A stretch of 64,000 bases of DNA, taken from the NCBI RefSeq assembly GCF_003704095.1, contig NW_020845812.1, forward strand, positions 434,001-498,000. The letters run 5' to 3'. The notes beneath the pieces are model-generated. The model searched no databases and was not told the DNA's origin. It saw only the letters and a list, made by a program, of their open reading frames with translations. The position numbers and the translations under genes are program-made. Each line of letters opens with the position of its first letter. Within the stretch, counting starts at the first letter, position 1. This document shows, piece by piece, positions 1-11,960 of this stretch. The DNA is from Pocillopora damicornis (taxonomy: Eukaryota).

Positions 1-2
1 AA

Positions 3-692
3 GGGAAGGTACGTTTTTTCTTGGGGGGAGGGAGGGCTGGGGAATTTTGGTATTTTTTCCAAAAGAAAGTGTTGGCCCTCCCTCATGTTTTGATTAAAAA
101 ACTCCTGACCCCCCCACTTTTAGGTGACTGACAAAAGTGTGACCCTCCCCTCACTACCACATGGTATGCTCCATGCCATAGAAAGCTCAGAACATTTTTT
201 GACATTTTGCTTGTAAACGCAAAATGTTTGAATATGAATAAATCTAAATATTGAATATGTGCGCGCTGAAACAAGAAAATGCGAACCATCAGTGTGGGAT
301 CCGGGCTTTACTTTTTTTCATATAGATGAAGTTTGAATATAGAAGTATAAATTCGAAACCATACCCGAGTCAAGTACGTCATGATACGGATGGAAAAGGA
401 CATGAGTAATCCTAGAAAATTATGTGCCATGGAATAATATACATGTAGACACCCAGTAACCTTGTAAAACTAGTACCTGCACCGAATTAAAAGAAACAAG
501 TTGAAAAGAAAAAACTTAGTTAAAGAAAAATGGAAAATAACATCACAAAAATCCCCATGAAAAATTCTGTGACCCTCCCCTTGAATAGCTGAAAAAGAGG
601 GTATGGCCCTCCCCCTTTGGTGCCCACTTTCACTGATGACCCTCCCCTCTGAGGCCCCAGCCCTTCCCCCCCAAGAAAAAATGTACCTTCCC
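3..692. mobile_element. Non-autonomous DNA transposon (MITE), PIF/Harbinger-like, in AMN1 intron 1
   Basis: Terminal inverted repeats GGGAAGGTACGTTTTTTCTTGGGGGG..GGGCTGGGG (from 3) and CCCCAGCCCTTCCCCCCCAAGAAAAAATGTACCTTCCC (to 692). Flanked by AA at the window edge and TAA (693-695), consistent with a 3-bp TAA TSD. No coding capacity. Confidence 0.7.
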
Positions 693-940
693 TAACCATC
701 TTAACTTGTAGGTAATTTCAAATGAATCAGAACCTTAAACAACCTGCAAAGGTATCAGTCCAGTCGTGCTGATTGCAAATAAGTAATTATAAATTAAAAC
801 GGCGATAAAAGAAAATAAAATCTGCCTCCATTTCATCTACTACATTTTCAATCCTCAAATCCCACTTTCTCAGCAAGAGTCTGGGCAAAATCCCAGTCCC
901 CGTTTTCTTCTTCTAGATCCAAGGACAATGTGTGACTTAC

Positions 941-1111
941 ATTTCCAAGATTTGCGTCCGTTAAAAGACCTCGTTTTGATAGCAGATTAACCAGCTTTGT
1001 CTTAATCTCGACAGGAAGCTGGGCTAACGAGGTTTCATGATTTGGTAACTGGCCGGCGACTGCTCTGAGGCAATGATTTTGCAAACTGCTCACCACGGCA
1101 AAAACCGCCAT
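941..1111 (-). CDS. AMN1: AMN1 homolog (leucine-rich repeat protein), first coding exon; the gene continues beyond the left edge of the window
   Basis: MAVFAVVSSLQNHCLRAVAGQLPNHETSLAQLPVEIKTKLVNLLSKRGLLTDANLGN (57 aa) resembles the AMN1 N-terminus (VSxLxxxCL...LPxxIKxxLxxxxSxxGxxTDxN). Phase-0 donor GTAAGT at 940. Confidence 0.75.
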
Positions 1112-1424
1112 ATTTTGTAATGTTATAATGAGTGGCAACCGCTAGTAACTGAAATGTGGGCTCATGATCATTTGGGAATCAAATCATTTGGTTTTGGCGT
1201 TGGTTTTTCTTAACTAGTATTCCATGGCAGCTTCTTTTACTGATAGAAAAGGGTCTAATGGTGCTGTATTCTAAGTTTTGCAGAGCTGTAATTTTCCTTA
1301 ATTTTCTGAAAAAATTCAATATAGGCCATGATCAAGCGAATTTTAGCTTTTCCCCAGTCTGTAGAGTCCTCTTACCCAGCTTCCTCTCTTTCGTGTACTC
1401 TAACTGCCCGTCACGTTGTCTAAC
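1112..1424. promoter_or_regulatory. Putative bidirectional promoter / 5' UTRs shared by AMN1 and DERA
   Basis: Only 313 bp separate the divergent ATGs (1111 minus, 1425 plus). Confidence 0.55.
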
Positions 1425-3155
1425 ATGTCTTCACACTTGGTGCGTAATCCAGGCATTCCGCTAGATTTAGAGTGGGTAGGTAGGACAAGAGTTAACCTTC
1501 CTGCTGTAAAACGACGGGCTGATACGCTCAAGACTCGCCGGTCAGTAAAGAAGCAATGGCAAGCGGCATGGCTTTTGAGAGCAGTGACTTGTATCGACCT
1601 TACCACCCTGTCTGGGGATGACACCGCGACGAATGTGTCCCGACTCTGCTTCAAAGCGCAAAATCCTGTAAGGAAAGACTTACTGGAAAGCATGGGTATG
1701 GCGGACAAGGGAATAACTACAGGTGCTATTTGTGTGTACCCGTCTCGTGTCCCAGACGCCGTAAAGACTCTCGAGAATCTTAACTCCAAGGTTCCAATTG
1801 CTTCAGTGGCTGCAGGATTCCCAGCAGGTGATCAACAAAATGAAATTATCGAAACTGCTTCTTAAAATTAAGAAATTGGTTTACACCTCGACGTTGACCA
1901 TGAATTTATAAAGTTAATGAAAATACTCCTATGAATTAAATGTGCTTTTCATCCAAGTATAACCCGTTCCCCCTTCCCCCTCCCCCCTCCACCTTTTAAA
2001 AAATTGCGTCTACAGTGTTTGTTGAAGAGTGACTAAGTTGAAACTTTTGTTTCTGGTTGGAGCCTTTGCTTATCATTGAAAGATCCAGCATTTAGATATT
2101 ATTATCCAAATTATTATCCAAATTTTTCTGTTATAACCTTAATATTTTGTAATATTTCCAATCAGCTTTTTTTGTTTTCATGTCTTCTCCTGTTTTCTCC
2201 CAAACTCAAGTGGGACATAGGAGAAGAGATGTGGAGTGATATTTGTGATATTTGGGATTGTACAGTACAGCTCAGAGATAGAGAAAGAATCACTTTCAAT
2301 GAGCTTTTGAAGAAGAAAGGCTTTTCATGGTCTTGATTACAACCATAATTTTGGATTGTAATGCCACACCCCCCCCCCCCCCCCCCAATCTTATTGCACA
2401 ACAAACCCAAGTGGCAATTGTTGAGGAGAGAGATGGCAATTCTAGCTGTTAATAGTATTTTCAATAGCTCTTATACCAGATGACATTTACTTGCAGAAAA
2501 TTTACTTCCAAGCCTTGTTTGCTCTGACATTTTTCTTGAATCTTTGCCTCTTTCTTGTTGTTTTAATGTGGGTATTGCTATTATTTCAGTATTTGGTGAA
2601 TATTGACTCATTAAAATTTACTAGTCCACCCCATGGAAGTGAAGCCTGTGGGTGAAATTTGGTATTCCAATATAAACATGCTCAAGACCTTTTCAGAATT
2701 AATAGTACAATGTGCATTCGTTATTTCCCTAAATGAGTATTTCACAATTGTGCTTAGTCTTGTCTTACTAGTTTTGTTTTTGTTTAATCCTTTACACCTA
2801 AACATCACTGTGTGTATTCTTCACATTATTCTCTATACATTTCCTAAGGTTCTGACAAAGGTAAATGAATAAATAGGGTAAGTTTCTAAAGAAACTTTGG
2901 TGCTGCCTCAGTAGGGAAGTGTTACAGGATAATTTTGGTTTTAGCAGGTAATTTAGTATTAACAACTGAGTTGAAAACGTAAACTAGCCACCGTAAAGGG
3001 TAAAAAAGCTGATGTTTCGAATGTTAGCCCTTTGTCAGAGCGATTGATGAAGGGCTAACGCTTGAAACGTCAGCTTTTTTACCCTTTACAGTGGCTAGTT
3101 TATGTTTTCAACTCAGTTGTTAATACTAAATTACCTGCTATACTCTCCCACCAAT

Positions 3156-3187
<32 letters not shown>

Positions 3188-6100
3188 TTTATTAATTTTG
3201 GTTTTATTTTGGTAACTGATTTGATGATGTAAGTTAGCCAGTTTACATAATCAATTCAGATGATAAAACCAGAATTATCTCATAAGAGCTTCCTTAGTTG
3301 TTGATCCTTCCTTTAGTTCTTGTTACCTTAATCTGTGATTCAGGGGTGATATTGTAAGGAAAAATTAAATGTTTGTCACTTTCAGCAGTCAAATGGTTTA
3401 AGATAGATAAAATGTTTTTGTTTTCAGGTCAGACACCCCTCAAGCAAAGACTAGAAGAGATAGAAACTGCAGTAGCTTCAGGTGCCACAGAGATTGACAT
3501 TGTGATCAGCAGAGCATTTGTTCTGGAGGGTAACTGGGAAGCACTTTACAATGAAGTACAGGCAATGCGCAAAGCTTGTGAAGAAGCCCATCTTAAGACA
3601 ATCATTGCCACAGGTACAATTAGGGATAATTTGATAGCCATGTCTATCATTAATGACACTGATCATATTTGTGGTGAATGTACATTGTATACAGCTGTTT
3701 CCAGAAAGGTTGTCAGAAAAATAAGTGTTAAGTACATGAGACAGTGCCTAAAGGAATTGTGGGTTGTTTAAAAGTCTTTAACTGTTAAAAACATCATTAA
3801 AAGGATGAGGCATCATGGGTTTGGTAAATTTATTTATTTGACTTATTGAAATTTGTTGATTATTTGGAAACCCATTTTTTTATTTGAGATTTTTGCATAC
3901 ACTTTTGTCCTTTTTCCAACAACCTTTCCTGAAACAGCTGTAAAATATTTTATGCTAGCAACCATAACCACCATTTGTCATTTCAACAGCCTGCTCTTTA
4001 ACTTGCTCCTACCGACTGAGTGGGGCCTGGGGCAGGTTATGATGGGTAGCAACACTCTTAGTTGCTTCATGCCTATGAAAGTTCCCAGATTGTGAGCCAG
4101 TTTCTCATTTGCTTGGTCTCTCACTTGACACCACCAAATGAAGGTCTGGAGCAGGTTATAATGGGTATTAACACTTAGTAGCTTCATGCCTGTGAAAGCT
4201 CCCAGATTGTGAGCCAGTTTATTGTTTGCCTGTCCTTTTGTTTGCTTTGACCAACTGAGGCCTTGGTCAGGTTATGATGGGTAGCAACACTCTAAGTTGC
4301 TTCATGCCCATGAAAGCTGCCAGGTTGTGGGTCAGTTTGTTGTTTGCCTGCTTTCTTGCTTGCTTCTACCAACTGAGGGCCTGGAGCAGGTTATAATGGG
4401 TAGCAACACTCCTACATGTAGTTGCTTCATGTCTGTAAAAGCTTCTAGATTATGGGCCATTTTTGATCTCTTGGGACCTCTGTTTATATACTGTATGCTT
4501 ATGGTAAGCATTCAGTAATGATATATCTCTTTTCTTAGGTGAACTTGGCTCTCTAACAAATGTTTATAAAGCTAGTCTGGTTAGCATGATGGCTGGTTCT
4601 GACTTCATTAAAACATCAACTGGTAAAGAGTCAGTTAATGCTACATTTCCTGTCGCACTGGTTATGGTGCGGGCAGTCAGGGATTACTATCAGGTATGCT
4701 ATATATGTTTGTTTATATTTGATATGTCCTTGCATGCCCAAATGTTTTTGGCACTTGAGAGCCAAAAGTACACAGAAATGTTCAATTCAATGTCTCTCAA
4801 AACAAGCATGAGAAGACAGTGTCCAGTGACTAGCTTGTTAGACTCTTGATTAAGGAGCTGGTTTTAGCTCTGACTTGATCATTGGGTTCTGTTCTTAGCT
4901 TGAATACTTGTTTTTTTAAGTATCTCTTTGCATCTAGAGGTGCATTATTTGTGGCTAGTCTGGGAAACTGTGAAAGAAACTTGATAAAAATGCTTGGGGT
5001 AACTTGCGGTGGATGAGCATTCCACTAAGGAATAACAGTCTTACCAGTCTGCTGAGATCAAGCAATAAAAGTCATGGGCTACTGGGTTTTAAGAATTTAC
5101 CTCCATTTGACCCTTAAAATAGCTAAGGAGCCTTCAAGGTGTGGGTAGTAACTGTTGTGATGTGATAATTTGTTGACATCTTTGCATGTGCGCGCTGATA
5201 TTCTGTGACTATTGTGTTTTTAAAACAGTCATTTGCCAAAGGAGACTTGAATATTGTTGAATACTGGTAATATCTGAGACAAAGTCAAGGGGATTATTCT
5301 ACAATATTCACTGAGTCTGGGGCTGTTCTGTAATTGCCCTGATTCTTTCAAGTTCTATAGTAAAATTTTTGTTGTTACAACCATTCCGTAAATGAAGAAA
5401 GCAGTGCATGGAATATTTTGTCGCAAGTATTATTTTGATTACTGGTATTGAGATAGGCAACCAGTTTCCATACTTAAATCAGCAAAAACTTCATATCTTA
5501 CTTTTGAAAAGTGTCTCGCCACACTGAGTAACATATTTTTGGCACTTTGCTGTTGAATTTTCTTTGATCATGTTATTACTTCCTCTGTAATTTGAAAAAA
5601 GCAAGACAGCTATTTTAAAATTTAGAGCCAATGTTATAATCACATTGTTGGAGGTGATTGATAGACTGCTCTGTGATTTACTGTGTGACTCTATTGAGAA
5701 GTTAGTCAGAATAAACCCTTGAGTGGTAAAGTTTGTTGTCAAGTCTTTTCGTTTTTGCATGATGTTACAGTTGATTATGGAAACATCCCGCTTTGATCTA
5801 AAACCTATTAAGTAAATCTTGCTGCCCCATTCCTCTGTGGTAATTTTGTTTTTGCTCTTCAACTATTTGTTGGATATAATGCTGTACATGTATATATTTT
5901 AAATGATGAGGACCAGTTTTATAAGAATGAGCTCTGGGAAGTGAAGGGCTGGTATAATTGATGTCACTCTAGATTTTATTTACATGTAAATAGAAGAAAC
6001 CAACACTTTTGGATTAAAAGTGAACAATTTGAATTTTGCCCTGAGGACCTCCCAAAATTTTCAACAAGGGTGTAACATTTTTAATATATTGTATGATAAA

Positions 6101-7021
6101 TTATTTGTTACTGTTCAAGGGCATTGCAGTCTATGCCCTTTTAATTTCTTTTTTTCAACATAGCAAACAGGTCACAAGGTAGGCTTTAAGCCAGCCGGTG
6201 GAATCCGCAGTGCTAAAGATGCCCTAACATGGCTCTCTTTGATGAAAGAAGAACTTGGGGATGATTGGACACATCCTGATCTGTTTAGGATTGGTGCCAG
6301 TTCACTGCTGGGAGACATAGAAAGGCAACTTTTCCACTTTGTAACTGGAAGGTTTGTTACAGTTTGTAATTTTGTACTTTAATTTGAAATTAACAGGGCA
6401 GACTACTAATTTAATGCAGGAGAAGGGGAAATGGCATGTTTAATATGTTGTCATATATTATTAATAAAATGATATAGGATTTATTGTTACTTGGACCAGT
6501 AGCATTTTAGTTGAAGGTAAAAATATATTATTTCTTATCAAGTAAAGCAACAATCATAATGAATTTTGATGCAAGTCATAAACATGTAATAGCAAATTGT
6601 ACATATCTGTTTTCACTTTCATGTATTTTTCTCACCAGATGTAGAGTATTAGTCAGATTGTAATCAAATTTCATGGGCTCTTTGCAATTCTGTTTGTTTA
6701 CAATGTGTCCACTGGAGGGCTTTAAATGCCAATGATTTTCTTCCATCCTTTTAAACTCTTTCGAGAATGAAATGGTAATTTAAGTCATAGCTCATTTTCA
6801 TTGGTTTTTGTTTAAAATGTTTGATTTTACTGTTTACTGTTTATTCCACAGCTGCAGTGTACATGTATTTGCAATCAAATAACTTGTGTTGATCTCTAAA
6901 AAAATTTTTGGGTAGAGGCTTTTAATTTAAAAATAGGTACCAGTATTACTCCTTATAGTAACATTTTATTTCTCTTACTTTGTTTAGATATGCTGCTCAA
7001 CATGAAATACCTATGGCATGA
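1425..7021 (+). CDS. DERA: Deoxyribose-phosphate aldolase, 5 exons, 321 aa
   Basis: Exons 1425-1827, 3428-3613, 4539-4693, 6164-6351, 6988-7021; all GT-AG, 966 nt. Motifs IDLTTLSGDDT, GFPAGQT, GATEIDIVI, GSDFIKTSTGK (Schiff-base Lys), GFKPAGGIR, FRIGASSLL and C-terminal GRYAAQHEIPMA are colinear with metazoan DERA. Confidence 0.97.
2784..3401. mobile_element. TTAA-flanked (piggyBac-like) MITE interrupted by nested insertions
   Basis: Left part (TTAATCCTTTACACC..ATTCTCTATACATTTCCTAAGG) and right part (GTGATTCAGGGGTGATATTGTAAGG..AAATGGTTTAA) both resemble the copy at 61899-62098. Confidence 0.6.
2944..3192. mobile_element. Palindromic element with inverted minimal hammerhead-like motifs (Penelope-like retroelement-derived), copy 1
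   Basis: ~100-bp inverted arms centred near 3041; core TGATGAAGGGCTAACGCTTGAAACGTCAGC; flanking direct repeat TAATTTTGGTTTTA (2930-2943 / 3193-3206). Homologous to 26038-26285 in the opposite orientation. Confidence 0.7.
3990..4462. repeat. ~118-bp tandem repeat, 4 units, in DERA intron 2
   Basis: CAGGTTAT(G/A)ATGGGTA..CAC..AGTTGCTTCATGCC..TGAAAG recurs at ~4033, 4151, 4268 and 4387. Confidence 0.85.
4810..5103 (+). mobile_element. Degenerate SINE-like interspersed repeat
   Basis: Decayed tRNA-like head followed by AAAATGCTTGGGGTAACTTGCGGTGGATGAGCATTCC, resembling cnidarian SINE2 bodies as I recall them; highly diverged. Confidence 0.4.
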
Positions 7022-8197
7022 GGAATAGTACATTTAGGCTTAACAGTGTTAGAGAATACAATGGATATTTTTAAAGGGAAAGGGACTGAATTAGTCTTTG
7101 ACATTATGTAATTGGACAAAATGCATACACTTGGAGAAATATTATACACACTCATGGAAAAGGCCAATTTTTCATCAGAACTTTAAATGTGACTATTTAA
7201 ATATGGTTTATAAATGAAACTGCTCTTTTGAAATTATGTGATAGGTTTATTGCAATTGAGGTGTTAAAATTGAAAACATACACACATTCCCCAACTTGAT
7301 TTATCGTTTTACTGGAAGGTTGAAAATGATCAACACCATTTTTTCTTTTTGCAAGGTGTTACAAAAGTAATTGAAAAGTATGTGAAACGTTTGCGAAAAA
7401 TCTTAACCTTATAAGGCAGTGTTTTCACATACTTTTCAGCTAGTTCTTGACACCTTTTTGAGAAAAATTTGGGTCCAAGCATGCACTTGAGAGCCTCTAT
7501 GGTAGATTAAGCCTTTACTTTCAAAATAGGGCTTTCATATATGAGATGACCGAGTACTGGGAATTATGCCCAGTGATTGGTTCCCAGGATAGAATTGGTA
7601 TTCTAGTTAAAAAAAAAATTCTCATCTTCTGAAGATCACATCAATAATTTGCAGCACTTTCTGTGTTGCTAGTGATATTGCAGTTATAATTATTTATGGC
7701 AAGCCAAACTTAGTAAAAGGTGAGATGAGTGTCAAGTCAACAGTTGAGTTTCTGTAGTTAAGTTTAAGAGGACAACCAGATTCAGCAAGTCTGCAAATAC
7801 TGTAATAGCGAATCATAATAACTTACAGTATATCATAAGGAAATCACTTGCACTTTTTCTATCTTATCTGTGTAATTTTTTAATCATATAAGCCCTGGTG
7901 ATATAAGCAAAATAAAGTGATAATTTTGCAGCTGAAGTTCTAATAATTAATTGATATTATTAAATAATATCATTAATCAGTATTATTTTAAATATAGAGA
8001 GGAAGGGTGAAAGCTGAGGCAAATTTTGAAGTACTTTTTGTTTCATTTAATTTGATTCTGTTTCATGAATTTTATGAATCCCCTTAGCAGTATAACCAGC
8101 TCGAAGAGTGTGGTCTTTGCAAGCTTCACGTCATTCTTCCGATCGAGGCCGCGCATCTCACAACGCAGCACTTCATACGTTGCGTGACATAGACTCC

Positions 8198-8203
8198 TAT
8201 AAA
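8198..8203 (+). promoter_or_regulatory. Putative TATA box of the cystinosin-like gene
   Basis: TATAAA ~180 nt upstream of ATG 8378, within a CpG-richer patch. Confidence 0.35.
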
Positions 8204-8377
8204 TGGCTCGTCGCAGCCGTAAACAAAGAGTGACACACAAAAGGAAGGTCACAATTACAGGTTAAAACAAACACCGATCGAATTTTTAAGTGATTGGTGA
8301 AAAAGTTTTGCGTCACAACCATCCTGAAGGACTGCAGAATTCTCCATTTGCTTTTAACTGCCGCAACTCGCCAAAGC

Positions 8378-10096
8378 ATGACGAATACAGCAGCGCTCAT
8401 TACCGTGGCCGATATAGTTGGTTGGGGTTATTTTTTGTCTTGGACGGTATCGTTTTTCCCACAAATTTATGAAAACTGGAGGCGAAAATGTGTGGTTGGC
8501 TTTTCTTTCGACATGTGGGCTTACTTCTTTCTCAGTTATATTACCTACATGATTTACAATGTGACGGTCTATTTCGACCCGAAGGCGGTCATGTCTAATT
8601 TAGATCAGGATAACCCGGTCAAGCTGACAGACGTGGTATTCTCTATCGTAGCGTTTGCCTGTACTACTACTCAGGGCATACAGTGCTTGATGTACGATCG
8701 GGGATCGCAGGAAATTCATCGTAGCACAATTGCCATTTGTGCTGGTTGCTTACTGGCCCTCGTTGTACTAACTGTTCTCAGCCTTTTTGGCATCCTCGGC
8801 TCGTGGTTTGTGGTCCTTCAGTATTGTGGATATGTTAAGTTTATCGTTTCATTTGGGACGGTGAGTACAAATAAATTGAGTACCAAAAACGAATCCATCG
8901 TATCTCATTTAAACTAATTTTTAAATTATCAGCTTATTAGATTGTTAAGGACTAACTACACGTCCATGCTTGAACCATGCTGCATTTTTCGTAATAGGTC
9001 CAGATCGGCGTTTAGTAAATGGTGTTACATTGAAAAATACACGTGGTTCATCTAAATTTCAGAAATAATATTTACGACTTAGGCATTATTATTGTTTCAA
9101 ATGACGCCATGTGGTTTGGCTCGACATCTCATGCTTGCGTAATCAGTGATGCATGTTGTGTTTGAACAAGTGGCCTAGCAGGAAGGGGAGGTCGTGGAAT
9201 ACACTTCGAGCCATTATTACTGATTTTGATTCACGTGGATCAGACTGTTAGAGGTTGGCTGAATTACTCATTCACTCCTTTATTTTAGTTGCTTTGTTTT
9301 GTTCTGTGCTGTGTTGGTTTGATTTTCCTTCTTCTTATGAGTTCAGCCTTGCACGTCATGATAATGAGTACTGGACTGGACGGAAAGCAACAATTTTTTT
9401 CATTTGGTATCAAAACCATTGGTTATTTAATTGTAATACGGCCTGTATAAAAATGAACCCCTCATCTGTGCAGGGTCGCACTATTTTTATTTATTTATCT
9501 TTCCATGGTGGCTTGATTTATGTGACTTTTCTCTTGAGGCGTGGCTAAAATTTGTTAATTTGATCTTGCAAAGAACGGGAATTTTCCTGTAAAGCATTTT
9601 AATCCCTATAATAATTAAGAACTTTGCTGGAATTGGAATTAATCAATTTGTGAATTTTTTTTGTGCATGTCTATTGTAGTATTCACCTCAAGTGTGGCTC
9701 AACTTCAAACGCAAATCCACAGAGGGGTTCCATATTGGTGGAGTGCTGCTGGATTTTGGTGGAGGAGTACTCAGTCTGTTACAGATGGATCTTTACTGCT
9801 TCATTGAACACAGCAACAATCAGCTAACAGGGAACATTCCTAAGATGGCACTTGCTGTCTCCACTCTCTTATTCAACATCATCCTCATTTGGCAACATTA
9901 TGTGTTCTATTTGGGAAATGAACACCGTTCTAGTGATAGTGAGAAAGAACCTCTGTTAAGAGGTGAAAGGTCAAATGAGTTTTATACAGTAAATGTCCAT
10001 GCTGAGGATGGAGATTATATTGTGATAAGTTTTCAAGATTCAGAGGAGGAAAGCACAACCCAACGTGCTGCTGGTTCTCAGGAGTCTTTGGTGTAA
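8378..10096 (+). CDS. CTNS: Cystinosin-like PQ-loop lysosomal transporter, 2 exons, 299 aa, lacking the N-terminal luminal domain
   Basis: Exons 8378-8860 (donor GTGAGT) and 9680-10096; 900 nt. PQ-loop 1 GWGYFLSWTVSFFPQIYENWRRKCVVGFSFD; PQ-loop 2 YSPQVWLNFKRKSTEGFHIGGVLLDFGGG; IWQHYVFY; 7 hydrophobic segments. Family is clear, but this is probably a divergent paralog rather than the ortholog. Confidence 0.85.
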
Positions 10097-10916
10097 ATTT
10101 TTCTTTTAAAGCAAAAACAATCCTCAAATGTTTTATATTTTGATTTCAACAGGGGATGATCTGATTTTGTATATATGCATTTGAAAACAAATGTAATCAA
10201 AAATTTGATAATCTACATTTTTATTGATAGTTTTATCTTTACAAAGAATTTTTTATTTATTGAATTTTTTAATGGCTAAATTTTAGTGTACATATTAATC
10301 TTTAATTGTTGGAATTGAAAGTGGACTTAAAATTACACCACATAATTAAGGGAAAAACTCAAGTCTGCATTGTGTACAACTATTACACCATGCCCCATCC
10401 ACCAAATTTTACTTGTGATTCAAAATTGAAAAAAATATGTCGACAAAAATTCTATAATCTCTGAGTACAAATTTTTAACTTAAGAGCAATTAAAACTTCT
10501 CTGTCGTTTTTCTCTTTTCAAAAATCTCCAAATCTACTTTTGGGAAGGGGCAGTGTTAATGCACTCACCTTGGGCTTTAGCAGGTGTAACTTGTTGGTTA
10601 AACTTGGTATATACAATATATGTACATGCTGATTCTTATCCCTCCCCTGATAGTTTTCCTCCTGGTAGTTAAACCATTAAGGTGATATCAAGTGATAGCC
10701 AATCAATTTCATGCAGACTTCATTGCTAATTCATTCATTTTTTATCTATCCGGCACTTGACTGAGTACATAGGTGAAATGTAATGGGTAAAGTGACTAGA
10801 AAAATGATTTTATAATGTGTTAGAGGTAACTTTTTGGGAGTATGTTAATAGGATCAACCAAAGTCATCCATAAGGTAGGCTAAGTCATCAGAATTTCAGG
10901 GAATTAAAACTTTTCA

Positions 10917-11128
10917 TAACCCTTTCACTGCCAAGATCTGATTGTTAATTCTCCCCTCTAGCTGCTACATATTTGCTTCTAAATTAGTCAAGAGAATTTG
11001 GTGTTAGATCAAGAACAACAACTTCTATGCGATAAGTTTAAGTATTCTCATTACCTCTTTGCTAGATACTATGTGGATATTATAGGGAGAAGTTACCTCT
11101 CAATCACTTCTGGGAGTTAAAGGGTTAA
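10917..11128. mobile_element. TTAA-flanked piggyBac-like MITE (~210 bp)
   Basis: Termini TAACCCTTTCACT..C / GGGAGTTAAAGGGTTAA; related to 46225-46415 and 49360-49532. Confidence 0.7.
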
Positions 11129-11456
11129 GAGCATATTTGAAAATCTTACTCAAAAGGTCAGTGTTGAGGAAAAGAAACTTTAAAATAACTAAGTATAGCC
11201 TATTTATGTGCTAAGGATGAGCACTATACAAACACCTAACCCTAAAACCCTAAGCAAATTTTAATGGGAATGTTTAGGAGAATACAAGGACTTGAAACCC
11301 TTTATTAATCATTACAAAGCACATGTACCTATTTCTTGAAGTGCAAAAGTTATTTTTGATGGAAAGTATCAGTTACTACAATAGGGGAATTTTTATGGGA
11401 TTTATTGCAAATGTTGGAAGTTTGATAAGCTAGTGAGACATACATTGATTAAGTTA

Positions 11457-11960
11457 TTAATAATAATAATAATAATAATAGTCTTTATTAATTCATGAGA
11501 TAAAAACTACTTATCCTATTTTACAAAACTTCCAATTTAGAACAAAGTTACATTGTATGTAATAATTACAAAGCTAATTATCTTTAAAAATGTACAAAAT
11601 ACCAGTCACAAAGCTGGGTCATATTTAAAAATTAGGTGATTAAAATAGGGGTTCCTCACTTTGTCTGTGTTTAATTTTGGCTGGTGATTAGATTTGTGTC
11701 TTAAATTGTACTCTGTGACCTTCAGTTTAGGTATAAGGTTTCTCAGAGGATGTTTCTCTTGATATTTTACCTGGACGATTATTTTCCTTTCCTGTATTTC
11801 TAATAGATCATAGCTGTTTACCACCTTAGATATGTATCTCTGCTTGTGACATGGGTCCAGGAAACACTGTACAGTTGTAAGCTCTGCATCAATGGCACTG
11901 AAGACTGATAGACCAAAAGTTAAGTAAGGGATAGACAGTCTACTTCTGCTGCAGTATAAT
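11457..11960 (-). mobile_element. 5'-truncated non-LTR retrotransposon (L2/CR1-like) 3' end
   Basis: Minus-strand frame FGLSVF..LTTVQCFLDPCHK..HPL..YNLR..PKLNTDKVRNPYFNHLIFKY resembles the C-terminal region of L2-type ORF2. A short 3' UTR and an (ATT)n tail follow at 11457-11480. Confidence 0.7.

Noticed and set aside
1400-1789. 129-aa minus-strand ORF, and similar antisense ORFs over the orphan ORFs and GPCRs
   Set aside because: Shadow frames of genuine coding exons with no independent motifs.
2368-2386. Long poly-C run, and other G/C runs near 1970, 40315-40336 and 44400
   Set aside because: Simple homopolymer tracts; no evidence of function.
1425-7021. DERA as a possible bacterial horizontal transfer
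   Set aside because: It has the long eukaryote-type N-terminus, four spliceosomal introns and colinearity with metazoan DERA.
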